Below, one piece after another: positions 47,427-61,425 of a DNA stretch of 64,000 nt. The position numbers were made by a program, and so were the translations under genes. How positions within the stretch are numbered: position 1 is the first letter of the stretch; the number at the start of each line of letters is the position of its first letter. Source of the DNA: Callorhinchus milii. Taxonomy: Eukaryota. The notes beneath the pieces are model-generated. The model searched no databases. It was not told the DNA's origin and was given only the letters and a program-made list of their open reading frames with translations. Location: NCBI RefSeq assembly GCF_018977255.1, contig NW_024704742.1, positions 117,678,001 through 117,742,000 on the forward strand, read 5' to 3'.

Positions 47427-47719
47427 GTGTCCCCCGCGCCCTGAGAAGCTGTTACACAATCGCCTGCAAAATACACAATCGTTAAACATTGTACGTCCTG
47501 AGGAGTGCTTTGAGGTGGCCTCCCCACATGAAATCCGCTGTATCACATGTTAAGATAATTATAATTATTATTATGATAAAATCTGAAGCAGGGACTTTCA
47601 CTTAGTGTCCTGGCAAGCAATCCTTCAGGTTAATTGTTCAATGACCTTATTGTCATGCATGAACTAGCGGCAGTGTTTCCTGCAAAAAAGCAATGTTTAT
47701 TATTAACAAGCAAAAAAAA

Positions 47720-48060
47720 AGCATTTCATATAGTACCTTTCACATCAGGAAGATGTCTCAAAGCATCCACAAACAGCCAAGAGATAAATGACCAATTCTA
47801 TCTGTAGGATAGTAAGCCATGACACCAGGAGAAACAATTTTCTCTTTTCAAATGGGTGCCATGGGATCTTTAACATCTACCTGCGCAGGCAGACAGGACC
47901 TTGCTTTAACATCTCATTCCAAGGCAGGCGCCTCTGAAAATGAAGCACATCCCCAGCATACTACACTAGCGAATCAGCCTGGACTATGAACTAAAAGTTC
48001 CGACTTGGGGCTTGAAAGCACAATCTTCTGACTTGGAAGCAAGAGTTACTCAGCCAGGCC
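47720..48060 (-). mobile_element. Deu-domain SINE
   Basis: tgccatgggatctttaacatc core, colinear with 8595-8950. Confidence 0.75.
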
Positions 48061-50329
48061 CACAATGTCACGAATCATATATGAAAAATGAGTGATGAGT
48101 ACCCTGAAGGTGTTTTCCTGAAAGCTATGGAAATCCAGCTTTAGTTAATTTACAAGTTTGTGAAGTGCCAGTCATAACTATTAGGAATGACTTGTTTGAA
48201 GTAAAAATATGACCTATTTTGTTGTGTGTCAGTAAACATAGTTGTTGCGACATTTCTATAGCTTTGCACTCTGTCACTCCTGATAAGCATAATACTTGTC
48301 TAAATATTTTTATGGGGAGCCCTTACAGTTATTATTATAATGAAGAATCAGGGGTCAGACAGAACTGAATGAGCAAAGATGGACTTAGTTTGGGAAATCA
48401 TCAGTTTTTATTATGGGGAGAAGGTTTCAGCTTGCCCTTCCCCCAGAGTCCCTGGCGTGTACAGACTATATTGCTTCACTTTATCAGACCCCACAGATCA
48501 CCTGAGTTCAAAATCAGTCCTCTTTGCCTCTCTCCCACTCCACCCAGCTCAGGCATACAGTATTCACGCCTCCCTGGTCTACCAGCTGCTAACATACCAA
48601 TCTCAACAGCTTTCTCTGCAGTATCTCAGACGTCCTTCCACTTCCTGCACAAAGGAGAAACGCTTGGTTTGGTCACCCTGACCATTTCCCCCCTGCTCAG
48701 GTCATGACCCAACTGTGCAGCGCCTTGGGACGTCCTCCTGACGTGAAAGGCGCTTTATAAATGGAATCTTGTTGTTGTTGTTGTTGTCACCATATTTATG
48801 TGGCACAGGCTCACCCTCTCCAGTATTGACCACCTTAGCATCCTTTCCACACTGCTAGTTACATAATATTGTTTACCAAGTGAGGTAAAACAGAAACAAT
48901 ATTGGGGTTATTCAAGTTGCCATAAAATTATAATAATAATAATAATAATAAATTAGTGACATTCCTACATGTAGATGTACTAGTGGGACAGAAATCCTAT
49001 TTCAGTATTTCTGCAGTATGGAGTGGTATATTGCAGGTTTGTATTAAAAGTTCCAAGGCAAATTTTCAATATTGTTCATACCATGGGGTCACAATTTCAA
49101 CAAAATGCTTGGCAGGCACTTTGCTATAGCAATGGAGAAATACATCACTGGGCATGTATTGCACTGAGGTTCTTCTTGTATAAGAAAAGACACAAAAGAC
49201 AGCCCAAACGTGACAGGCACCCGGGATGGGAGAAAATTGGAGGAAAACACTGAAATGTATTTTATTTAAAGATTGTGGGAAGGAGAAGAACCTTTGAGAA
49301 GGAGTTAAGTGGGATTATTTTATCAAAAAGAATGGGACTGCTGGGCATAGTGACATTATTCCTAAAAATATCCTATTTTCTCATGTAAATAAAAGGTCCA
49401 TAATATTCATCTATTGCCACATTATTGAACCCTGGCCTGTGACAGCCAAGATTTTCTCTCCTCTTCAGACCTAACAGCCGAAGGTCCAACTGCTCTCCAG
49501 TGCTGAAATATTTGCTCATTCCAGTCTATACCATCTCTTAAACCTGCAGTTTCATTCAAACCAGATATTTTATCTAACTTTTTTTTTAAAGGAGTTAAAT
49601 AGTATGGCATTCTTTGTTTTTGCTGGGAGTCAATTCCATTATTTCGCTGTACCAAATTACTTTTTTGGCAGTAAATATGTTATTAATAGTGGCAGGTAAT
49701 AAATAAATATCTTCTTGGCAGGTATTTGTATTTTTGTTGGTAAATTTACTTACAAACTGCAAATACCTGGTAAGAGACAAATCCAGCCCAAGCGTCCAAC
49801 CAACTGTTAACATTTTTAATGTTTTCTCGTCTTTGTTTTTTTTAATTTCACACTGATTCTTTCATGAAGCAGTTTCAGTACGAACAAAAAGTTCAAAGTA
49901 GAAACTCTAGGGATTAGCAACAAAATAATGAATGTGATAAAGACTGCAGAATATTGAATGAAGTACTTGCTAAGGCAGTTTAATTCCTTCTTTATTTTAA
50001 TAACAAACATCTGCTTTATTGCAATAATTTAGTCATGCTGCTTTACACACATAACTCTGCAGTGGATCAGTAATAAAAGAAGCATTATTGGCAGATGTGA
50101 GTACTTTAATTCTCATGTTATTAGGCATTTCATAAAAAAAAGCTATGTTAACATAATTATCGGAATAGATTTTACATTACATTACCAATTGTTTTCAAAT
50201 CAGTCCTGAAGTTAACAGTAAGTTGCTTCATGAACCCCACCTGATCTATTCCACCATCGGTGAACTAGTTTACTGCCTCTCTCCCCACCATCAAGGCCCA
50301 CTTTAAGTCTTATCTTTTCTACCAACACA

Positions 50330-50800
50330 CCAAATTGCATTTATATAGCGCCTTTCATATCAGGAGGACATCCCAAGACCCTGGACATTCAAGGGTTTGC
50401 ACCCAGGCTGTGAGCTAGAGTCAAGGGGCAGGGGGGGATGGCAGGATTGTAGTGGTGGGAAGATGACTCAAGGTGCAGCCGAAGAGGAAGGTCTTGAGCT
50501 GGGTCTTGAAGGAAGCAAATGAGGGACAAGGCAGAGGCCTCTGGGATGGAGTTCTGGAGGGTGGGGGCAGAAAGGTGAAAGGCCCAACATCCGATGGTGG
50601 AGTGGGTAGGGCAGGGAACATAGTGCAGGCCAGTACCCACCGAGCAGAGGCAGTGGATAAGTTGGTATGGTTTTAGAAGGTCACAGAGGTAAAGAGGAGC
50701 AAGACCATGGAGGGCTTTAAAGGTGAGGACAAGGATTTTAACCTTGATCCTCTGGGGATGGGGAGCCAGTGAAGCCAGGCGGGGATGGGGGTGATCGGGC
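50330..50800 (-). mobile_element. L2 3' fragment
   Basis: PQRIKVKILVLTFKALHGLAPLYL motif and L2 tail. Confidence 0.88.
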
Positions 50801-51199
50801 AATACATGTTTTTGGTCACCTTTCTTTTCCCCTTCCATTTTCTCAGTTAATCCCAAACTCGGGAGCCCAGTCAGCTGTGTCAAGTACTTTGAGATGTCCG
50901 TCTTCCTGACATGAAGGTGTTATATGAATGTAAAATTGTTGTTGTTAATGAATGTTTTTGGTAAAGCTCTTAATGGGGTGGTTTTGTGCATTCTTGTTCT
51001 CAAATAAAAACCCAGTGGTGGATTAAGGTTAGTAAGTGGCTACGTACAAAATTTATTGCCAATCAGATCAGTACATTTTTGATGGTGTTTGCTAAAAATA
51101 AAATAAGCCACGTCTGCCTTTTCAGTTTCTTCAGGCAATGATACAAATCACTATGATATTGAATAACTATGAAGATCTGGATAAAATCTGTAAGGGATC

Positions 51200-51570
51200 T
51201 CAACAACAACTTGAATTTATATAGTGCTCCTCAAGTAGGGTCCCAGAGCGCTTGACAGTGGTGGATTTCAATGCTGAGCCGGGGAGAGGGGGGAGGTGAC
51301 TGTAGCCACTGTAGAAGAAAAAGGTCTTCAGGCGCGACCTGAAGATGCGAAAATAAGGGGCAAGGCGGAGGGATAGAGGGAAAGTGTTCAAGAGTTTCAG
51401 GGCATAGTGGCTGAAAGTGTAGCCACAGATGATAGAACAGACAGCATGAGGGAGAAGCAGGAGGCTGCTGCCAGTGGAGCAGAGGCAGCGGGCAATGGGT
51501 TGGGGAATAAGCAGGTCAGAGAGGTAGGGAGGCGCCAGGGCATGAAGGGATTTGAAGACGAATGTGAAGA
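51200..51570 (-). mobile_element. Older L2 3' fragment
   Basis: FKSLHALAPPYLSDLL, FRSRLKTFFF. Confidence 0.8.
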
Positions 51571-53027
51571 GTTGCAGGTGGTTGATGTGCAGACTCATTT
51601 GTGTGTGAATATATTGTCGCATTCAAATAACACAGAGAAGAGATAGATAGATAGAAGAATTATTCGTTCTTGTCAACACTACTGACAAGAGGCCATTTTT
51701 GTGGCCAAATGTTAAGATAATTCAGAAAACTACTAATGTTGCAGAATGAAACAGAACATACCCAGGGACTAGTATAGTACACATAGTGCTATGAGGGAAA
51801 AACACATGGGAACAGAAATAGGACATTTGGCCCATTGAGCTAGCTCTGATATTATATTAGCCAATTGTAACTTTTTAACCTATTCAATCTCATTTCCCAC
51901 CTTTTTACATATGACTTAAAATCCTTACCTTTACAATTATGTCTACAACTATCTGTCCATCTCTCTTTTAAACAATGCTTACAACTATCTGTTTATCTCC
52001 CTTTTAAACACAAGTGTTGATTTTGCATCTGTGATCTTTATTCAATAATTGTACAATACTTTTGTATAAATAACTGTTTTCTGGATTTAGTTTTAGACTT
52101 AGTTCTAATTTTAAAAAAATTATATTGACCTTTTGGAGAAATATGTGCTTTCTTTGTATTAGTGACATGGTGTCTCTTTGCTGATGATACCACCTGCTAC
52201 TGGATGCTTAACTTCCCATCTTAACATGCCATTAGCAATGACCAGATCACCGTGGGCAGTTACAGGCAGAATTGGCAACGGGGTGGACAGACAGTTTAAT
52301 ATTTTAATCCCTGACAAAGACCAAGTCATTAACTTGGTCAAGAAAGATTGACATTGATATTGCTCACCAACTTCTATAGAAAGATTGTAAATTCTCTTCA
52401 GATATTGATTTTCAGCTCATCTGGTTATCACAATTGATATACACAAGGACAGAAAACAAAAATGAATTTGGCTAGAAAAGCAGAGGGAAGGTCAGCAGTC
52501 CCAAAGCAAGGAATACTTGTCATTATTAAGATCTTCGGATTCGGCAAAGCCTGAATGTGTCCAGTACAACAATAACTTGCATTTACATCACAGTTCGGTA
52601 CCATTCATGTAACAGGTCGCAAAGGGTTTAACAAGAGGAGTGGTGGACAATGAACACATGTGGGTGGAATTTAGTAGTGAATGAATGGTCAGAGAGGTAT
52701 GTTTGGAAGAGAGAGCAGGGAAAGTGATGCAGAGGACAGCGTAAACTGATGCTTTATTTTTTCACAATAATCTTTTGAGCCATGAGTATAACACTGAGCA
52801 ATGAGTATAATACTGAATATTAACACTGTAGCTCTGCTTGGCAAACTACAGAACAACATTCGAAAAAAAATCTTTTATACTTGAGCTAAGTGGTTTCTTC
52901 ATCATAATCAGACAAAATGTATGTTCTTAGTGCATGATCGACTGGTACCTCATCCTCACCCTAAATGGAATGAAAAAATCAAGTTAGAGTAGCAAGTACT
53001 AGACAGGTTTTTGACTTTCTATCATAC

Positions 53028-53200
53028 AATAATAGTAATAATCCTTGCATTTGATATAGCACCTTATGACATTGTTGAGACATCGCAAAACATTTCACAG
53101 AATATACTGTAAAGCAGATTAACTGTATTTTTGGGGTGAAATGCGGCAGCCAATTGCACACAGTAGCATCCCACAAACAGTCGTGGATTGAGTGACCAAA
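53028..53200 (-). mobile_element. tRNA-SINE 3' part
   Basis: Core and tail match the family. Confidence 0.85.
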
Positions 53201-53249
53201 CAACGCCTTCCTGCTATGATTGGTGCTTCTGTGGAATGCTCTACTCGAA

Positions 53250-53590
53250 TGCTCAGATCACTTTATTGTGATACTGTCATTTCTCACAGTGATTTATTCC
53301 AGGTTTCTCATTTTTCACATTGATTTGCTGCCCTGCTCTCCTTTCTCACAATGATTTGCTCTAGTGCTTTAATTTCTCACAATAATCTTTTGCAGATCTC
53401 TAATTTTTCACATCGATTTGCTCCAATATTCTCATCTCGCAATCGATATACTGTGACTTTTTTGTTCCTCACATTGATTTGTTCCAGAGCTCTGATTCTT
53501 CATGTTGACTTAGAGTGACTTTTCCATTTCTCAAATAACTTTGCTTCAAAGCTAAAATGTCTTAGATTAATTTCCTCTGATGCTCGATAT
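53250..53590. repeat. Degenerate ~31-bp tandem repeat, about 10-11 units
   Basis: Recurring TTCTCACAnTGATTTGCTcc.g..nctc.a.t. Confidence 0.75.
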
Positions 53591-55305
53591 TCCTCTTTTC
53601 ATGAAAAACAAGAGAAAAGCATATTTCATGAATGTAATAAAATGCCTGTTCTCATGGTCACATGAGCAACGGCAATAGTCCAGTGAGAATTGCAATTATA
53701 TCTCACCATTCATATGCAATAATAGCTCAAAGCACTTCACAGAGATGGTGCTGAACACCAAGCAGGGAGGGTGGGAGAGGGACGAGGAGATGACCCTAGG
53801 GATGATCAAAAAGGTAGACTTTTTGAAGTCTTTTGAAGTTAGGTAGAGAGGGGACAAGACACATGGGATAAGGCAGACCCCTGCAGAAGGTACAGTTGTG
53901 TGTGGATGTGAAGGGAAGACAGCTGTGATGACCTATTGTGGCCCCAAGTCATTTCAGTCAAATAATCTGCCAAGACCCACCATCACATCTCACCCATCAA
54001 AAATGACCATTGGGTGAAATACCAGAGGACAACAAGTACCATTTGAACTATACCCCAGTGAAAGTGAAAAAACATCAAACACCTTCAGGAGGAGGAGGAA
54101 GCGGAAGAGGAGGAGGGGAATTTTTTTTGTTTTCATGAGCTCATTGTGTTCGAACATGAGAAATGCAATTCTATTGGCGAAAACAGCCAGCGATAATGTA
54201 TCTGTGAATATTTTCATGTTCCTGAAGCAGCTAATAAAGCAAGTGGATCTTCCCAAAACATTTCAAAAATCCATGAATGCAGCTGGTGAGGTGTAAAGCA
54301 CAATGGCAAAAATGCAAAGGAGATTTTTGGCCAATGTCCTACAAGTGGTTGTAGATGTGGTTATGGAATGATACCAGACATGTTTGATTAGAGAACGCAG
54401 TTCACTCCACTCCTCATCCCCCTCCAACTTCTGTATTTAAAGACGGAAACCATAGCAATACATGATGTAACATTATCACTGTTAAAATCCAGTTTATGAT
54501 TGTTTGCTGCCCCACTGTGTTTCTCACATTGATCAGTTCAACTGGATTGTCACGCTGGTTTGCTGGAAATGTCTCATTTCTATTCCTTTAGATTAGGACA
54601 ATATTATTTATTGCAAGAATTTACTGTAAACTCTGGAACACTCTCCCACAATCCTTCCGCATTGCCCCTTCTCTCCCCTTATCTAAATCCCGCCTGAAAT
54701 CCTTCCTTTTTGACCGGGCTTATGGTCACCTCCCTGCCCATATGTATATGCATTTCTTCCTCTATTCTGACCTCTTCTTGCTGGGATGTGGTATTATGGG
54801 CACAGTTTGCCTCCCTGTATTCTGTCCAAGTGGCCATCGTTTATGTGACAGTAAATAGGCAGTAAATATGTGCAGACCACTCAACTATAAAGAGCATTAC
54901 AGGCAACAACGACAAAAAAAATTACATTTGTATCGCGCCTTTCACGTTGGGAGCACATCCCAAGAAGCTGGAATGTCAAGCCTAGCTCTGCCCACCCAAC
55001 TGCCACATACCTGCACATCAAGTTGGAGGACAGAAGCAGGAACTTTTTCCCTCTCTCTCATCCTCAGAAACCAATTTGATCTCTCCATGCAGCCCCAGCT
55101 GTGACCAGCAAACACATCATGGAGCGTAATTCTGTCTAACCAGCTCCCAGTCTGTAAGCTGCAGATCCACCCATTACACCACTGGGCGTGCACCTTAAAA
55201 ATATTTTTTTGGGATATCTCCAAATTTTAAAAGCACTTAAGATTATTTTATTGCAAAACAAAATACAGCTGTGTTTAATGTTTAAGTCACCTTTTGTTAT
55301 AATCC

Positions 55306-55688
55306 ATCCTGTAGCTCAGTGGTTAGAGCACTTGCCTCGCAAGCAAGAGGACCTGGGTTTGATTCCTGGTCAGGGCAAAACATTAGGCAAGTTTCCTTAC
55401 TGCATACACCTCTGTTTAACGAACAGTAAGTAGGAACCCGGTTGTCAATCAATTGGCGAATCGCTTTTCTGGGGATAATAATCCCTTCAAAAAAAGTTTA
55501 AAAAAGGAATAATTTGGTCACTCAATCCATGACTGTTTGTGAAACACTGCTGTGTTCAATTGGCTGCGCATTTCACCCACAAAATATGCAGTCAATTCAC
55601 TTTACAGTATATTTTGTGAAGCACTTTGAGACGTCTCAAAGACATGATTAGGTGCTATATCTAATGCAAGGATTATTAATATTATTAA
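55306..55688 (+). mobile_element. Full-length tRNA-SINE, long variant
   Basis: Head, extra cagtaagtaggaacccggttg segment, core and tail. Confidence 0.9.
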
Positions 55689-55984
55689 TGTTATAGAGAT
55701 GTCTGTGTCGTGCCTGTTTTGTACACAGTTTGCATATTGACATAGCTTAACCTAGATTTTCATGACAAATTGCTTCTCTTGTGCTTGGGGGACAATATGC
55801 AGAACTATCATTATACAGTCTGCAGGGGGAGCTCTAACTGTATAGATCATTTTTTTTCTGCAACTGTATTCACTATAAGTGAACTAGCAGAGTCCAGTAC
55901 TTCGAAATTAAATGTTTTAGGAGAAATAGAAGCTCAATCAATATTACTAATTATTATTTTCCATAAATGGCAAATTATGAAGTG

Positions 55985-56901
55985 TCATTCGCAGACATGG
56001 GGTCAACTTCCACATGTATGTGGATGACACACAACTATACCTCTCTGCCTCCACCCTTGACTCCAGGATCACTGCTGTCCTGACAGAATGGCTGTCAGAC
56101 ATCAAGTCCCGAATGAGAGCAAACTTTCTACAGTTGAACGTCAACAAGACCGAAGCTCTCCTGATTGGCTCCCGTTAGCACTTCCACACCTCAGGCACTG
56201 ACAGCATCACCATCCAAGGATACACACTCCACCTCACTGAGTCAGTCCGTACCATGACCTGCTCTGTCTTCTCCCACCTCCGCAACATCGCCCGGCTCTG
56301 CCACTGTCTCACAGTGTAGGCCCCCGAAACCCTCATACAGGCATTCATAACATCCAGGCTCAACTACGCAAACTCCCCAATTCCTCCCTCATCCAGAACT
56401 CTACAGCCCGTGTCCTCTCCTGCACAAGGCTTCGCGGCCCTATCACCCCCATCCTCGCCCGACTCCACTGGCTTCTCATCACACGGAGGATACAGTTCAA
56501 GATCCTGGTCCTCACCTTCAAAGCCCTCCATGGCCTTGATCACCCCTACCTCTGTGACCTCCTAACCATCTACCAACCTGCCCGATCCCTCCGCTCAGCG
56601 GGCTCCGGCCTTCTCCACATACCCCACCTCGCCCATCCCATCGTTGGCAGCCGAGCCTTCAGCTACTCAGTCTCCATCCTCTGGCACTCCATCCTGCAGT
56701 CCCTCGGCCTCACCCCCTCCCTCGCCTCCTTCAAGACCCATCTCAAACCCTCCTCTTCGATCGTGCCTTCGGTCACCCTTCTTTCCCCCACCCCCGTCCT
56801 CCACCCTCCCCGATCCCGACCCCCAGCTCAGGTCTGAAACACTGACAGCGCCTTCCTGACGTTAAAGGTGCTATACAAATGTAATATAGTTGTTGTTGTT
56901 G
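55985..56901 (+). mobile_element. L2 3' fragment
   Basis: [14 protein letters not shown] motif through to the (TTG)n tail. Confidence 0.9.
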
Positions 56902-57023
56902 TATCAGCTTCGCAACTGCCCATATCTGGGGCCAGCAGACTGCAGTCTGTGTTCTTTTCAACTATGAATTCTCTCCAGTCATGTATTGGCTCCACAAACC
57001 TATGCAATACAATTTTACATTTA

Positions 57024-57735
57024 TAACAACAACAACAACATTACACTTGTAAAGCGCCTTTCACATCGGGAGGACATCTCAAAGTGCTGGACAGACAGAG
57101 TTATGGACCTGAGCTGGCGGTCGGGGTGGGGGAGGGTGGAGGGCGGAGCAGGGGGAAGCAGGGAGATCGAAAGCATGGTCGAAGAGGAGGGTCTTGAGAT
57201 GGGTCTTGAAGGTGGTGAGGGAGGGGGTGACACGGAGACAATGCGGGATGGAGTTTCAGAGGGTGGGGGCAGAGTGGCGGAAGGCTCACCCACCAATAGT
57301 AAGGCAAGCAAGCAGGGGATGTGAAGTAGGCCGGAGCGCACTGAGCGGAGGGAGCGAATAGGATGGTAGGGGGTTAGCAGGTTGGAGAGGAAGGGGGGAA
57401 CAAGACCATGGAGGGCTTTGAAGGTGAGGACCAGGATCTTGAATTGTATCCTCCATGTGATGGGAAGCCAGTGGAGTTGGGCAAGGATGGGGGTGATAGA
57501 GTCACGGAGCCTAGTGCGGGAGAGGACACGGGCTGCAGAGTTCTGGATGATCTGCAGCCTGTGGAGGAAGGAGCTGGGGAGGTCGACAAGCAATGGGTTT
57601 GCATAGTCGAGCCTCAATGTAATGAAGGCATGTATGAGAATTTTGGCAGTCTGTGGTGTGAGACAGTGCCGGAGCCGGGCGACGTTGCAGAGGTGGGGGA
57701 AGGCAGAACGAGTCATGGCGCAAATGTGGGGTAGA
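57024..57735 (-). mobile_element. L2 3' fragment, inverted relative to 55985-56901
   Basis: [27 protein letters not shown]. Confidence 0.9.
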
Positions 57736-58964
57736 AAGCATATAGAGCTAACTTTGGGAGGGTCTCCATCTCACAGCAAAACAAATTCAAGATCCTCATC
57801 TTCACATTCAAATCTCCACTGCCTTGCTACACCCTACCCTGACTTCCTGCAACACTACCAACCCAGCCACTTCCTCCGTCAGTAACAATTGTCCTGGTTC
57901 ATGTCTCCGTGACTCCCTGATCTACCTCACCATTCAAGGGCCATTTTTCAGCCTTTCTGCCCCTACTCGTTGGAACTTCAAAGCCCTTCCGACTCTCCCT
58001 CTCTCTCTCCACTTTTAAAGCCCACCTTCGATTTACCTCTCTGACCATGCTTGCAGTTATCTTCCTCCCCATCCCCCTAATCTTTTCAACTTATTGAAAA
58101 TACAAAAACAATTTACTGTGTTACTTAATTTCTATATAATTCCATGTGCAATAGAAGACATTGTGGACCAATCATTGCTGCCCCTTAACTAGGTTTGCAA
58201 CTTCACAGCCAACTCCAATAGATTATGTCCTGCAGGACACTCAGTGCTTAATGTCCCAAGCACAATGATCAGGCAGGCAAATATATCACTGCTCGACTGA
58301 TTTATCAGAACTCAGAGGTTTATAATTAAATGGAACATTTTGTAACTGAACAAAATAACTAACCAGTTTAACTGGAACACATATTTCCTCCAACAGATGC
58401 AAACACCAGCCCATTAAACACAGCTTGCTCCAACACACTGAGGGTGGTGTTGCAAAGTTGTTTATTAATTGCACAGTTGCACCCAATGATTTGTAACTTC
58501 TTTTTGCTTCTTTCTTCGTCAGTTAAGATCCTCAGTTTCTGTCTCTAACTTCCTGGCCTTTCTCTCAAACTCTCTGAACTGGTGCAGAACTTTTGCCTCC
58601 GGTTCGATTTCCAGCTTCCCTTTTTCCCTCATACTCAGTCCCGCACCAAAACTACCTTCCTTCACTTCCACCACATTGGAATTACACAGTAATTAACACA
58701 GGAGTTAAAATCCTCTCATGTCTGATTGAATGATACAAGCGATCAAATCAATTTCACCCACAAATTATATAATCAATTCACTTTGCAGTATATTCTGTGA
58801 AGCACTTTGAGACATCTCGAAGACTTGATAAGGCGCGATATCAAATGCAATTATTATTATTGTAATCAAATCTATGGAACACAATGCATGTGTTGTTGGG
58901 CTGTTCATACATCATCTGTGGTCGGATTGAACAATGTGGATTATATTCTTGGGTCAGTATCCTC

Positions 58965-60402
58965 AAAAAATTTTCCCTGGACCCATCCCAACCACCACCC
59001 CATCTCCTACCTCCCTTTCCTTTCCTTTCCAAAGTCCTGGAATGAATTGTTGCTTCCCAGGATCGCTCCTTCCTCTCCTGCCACTCCCTACAAATCCTTC
59101 CAATTGGATTTCCATGCTGCCCACAACATAGAAACAGCTTTGGTCAAAGTCACAAATAACATTTTGTCCATCTGTGTCCAGGGCTTTATGGTGTTCACTT
59201 CTATGTGGGGGATAATATGCAGTGCTATCACTATACATTCTGTAGAGGGAGCAACAGAATGTCTCCTTGTCCTCCTTAACTTCTCTGCTGCCTTTGACAC
59301 TGTTGACCATTCCATCCTCCTCTGCCTCTCTTCTTAGCTCAATCTTCATGGTCCTGTCCTTGCCTAGTTCAATTCTTACCTTTGACATTGTTTCCATTTT
59401 GTCTCCCAAAAGTCTGCTTCTCCTCCAGCCAACCCACCATCTCATATGGCATTCCTCAGGGCTTTGTCCTTGGTCCCCTCCTCTTCAATATCTCTATGCT
59501 CCCTCTTGGTGACATCATCCGCAGACGTGGGGTCAACTTACACATGTATGCGGATGACACCCAACTCTATCTCTCTGCCTCCACCCTCAACTACAGGACT
59601 ACCACTGTCCTGACAGAATGTCTATCAAACTTCAAGTCCTGGATGAGAGCTAACTCCAGTTGAACGTCAACAAGACCAAGGCTCTCTTGATTTGCTTCCG
59701 TCAGCACTTCCACACCTCAAGTGCTGACAACATCACCATCTATGGATGCACACTTCACCTTACTAAGCCAGTCCGAAACTTTGTTTAACGCTCAATTGTT
59801 CTTCCTACCCCACATTTGTGCCATGACTCGCTCTGCCTTCCCCCACCTCTGCAACATCGCCCAACTCAGCCACTGCCTTAGGCCACCGAAACCCTCATAC
59901 ATGCCTTCATTACATCCATGCTCAACTATGCCAACTCCCTGCTTGTCAACCTTCTCAACTCTTCTCTCCATAGGCTGCAGATCACCCAGAACTCTAGCTG
60001 CAGCTCCCCCTACCTTTGTGACCTCCTAACCCCCTACCAACCTACCCCCTCCCTCCACTAGGCGGGCTCCAGCCTGCTCCACATCCCCGCATCACTCTCC
60101 CCAACATTGACGGCCGAGTCTTCAGCCATTCTGCCCCAACCCTCTGGAACTCCATTCCACAATCCCTCCGCCTCACCCCCTCGCTTGCCTCCTTCAAGAA
60201 ACTCCTCTTTGACTGCGCCTTCAGCCATCCTCCTTCCCCCCCTGCCCTCCACACTCCCCGATCCCAATCTCTGGCTCAGGTCCGAAACACTGACTGTCCA
60301 GCACCTCAGGGCGTCTGGTAAAATGCTCTTGAGCATTATCCCCTTTAACTTTGTCCTCCCGACATGAAAGGCACTATATAAATGTAATTTTGGTGTTGTT
60401 GT
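58965..60402 (+). mobile_element. L2 fragment including RT motifs
   Basis: [38 protein letters not shown]. Confidence 0.9.
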
Positions 60403-61089
60403 TCCTACGTTGTAGTGTCTCAACACCCTTAATAGTGGTGGAGCTTGACTCCAAGCAATGAAGAGAGGGCAAGTGACTGTAGGCAGAGTCAAAGAGGAAG
60501 GTGTTCTGGTACAATCTGAATACAGGCAAGAAAGGGGCAAGGCAGAGGGACTGAGGCATTGAGCTCCAGAATTTCAGGGCGCAGTGGCTGAAAGCATGCC
60601 CATTGATAGTTGAGCGAAGGGGACGAGAGACATATAACTAGCATATAATTTGAATCTGGTATGCTCTGTTGTCTTTAGAAGGATGTTCGCCGGCTACATC
60701 ACCTTAACCTGCATATTGTGTCAGAAAAACATTACCAGCCGTGTCAATCTCACACAAAGTAGTTCTGAACAGTACCCAATGCTTTTAGAAACATACCATC
60801 ATGAGATCAAAAAATACCAGAGTACATAACTATCTCTTATAGACGCAACATTTTCGCAAATGCCATTAGTGAAAAGTATAGAAAAATACTATTACAAGAT
60901 AGATAAAACTTGCACACATAAATATCATTTAAGTTATATAACAGCTTATTTTTATTAAGAAGGGAATTCAACTTGAAAGATTGTTGCAAAGATAATAGAT
61001 TAACAAGTTGGGGGAAGGGTTGTTTTTATGGCTGTCTGCCAAGAATATCCCAGAGGATATTGGTCATTCGCTTTTTGATTGTTTGCGGA

Positions 61090-61425
61090 AGTAATAATCC
61101 CTCAAGAAAAAAAGACAATAAGAATTTGGTCATTTCAATCCACAACTGTTTGTGGGACACTGCTGTGCGCAATTGGCTGCCGCATTTCGCCCACAAAATA
61201 TACAGTCAATTCACTTCACTGTGAAGCGCTTTGAGATGTCTAGAAGACATGAAAAGCACTATATCAAATGCAAGGATTATTATTATTATTATTATTGCTG
61301 TGTACAAATTATCTGCCACATTTGCCCATAAAATACACAAATTTACAGTAAATCCTATGAAGCGCTTTGAGACATTCCCCTAATGTAAAAGGTATTATAT
61401 CAAATGCAAGGATCATTATTATTAC
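61090..61425 (+). mobile_element. Tandem tRNA-SINE 3' fragments
   Basis: Two family tails. Confidence 0.8.

Larger units (their letters stand above)
45780..47430 (-). promoter_or_regulatory. CpG island / promoter of the KHDC4-like gene, with a full CRE (TGACGTCA 46808-46815) and NRF1-type GCGCATGCG (46924-46932)
   Basis: Sharp rise in GC and CpG density around exon 1; the motifs lie about 50-170 nt upstream of the ATG. Confidence 0.8.

Noticed and set aside
45772..47546. Cluster of Arg/Gly/Pro-rich ORFs on both strands
   Set aside because: Expected from stop-codon scarcity in a CpG island and from the 200-bp duplication; only 46730-46761 fits the spliced gene.
53250..53590. CRISPR-like regular spacing
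   Set aside because: Vertebrate DNA, contiguous degenerate units without unique spacers, and no cas genes.
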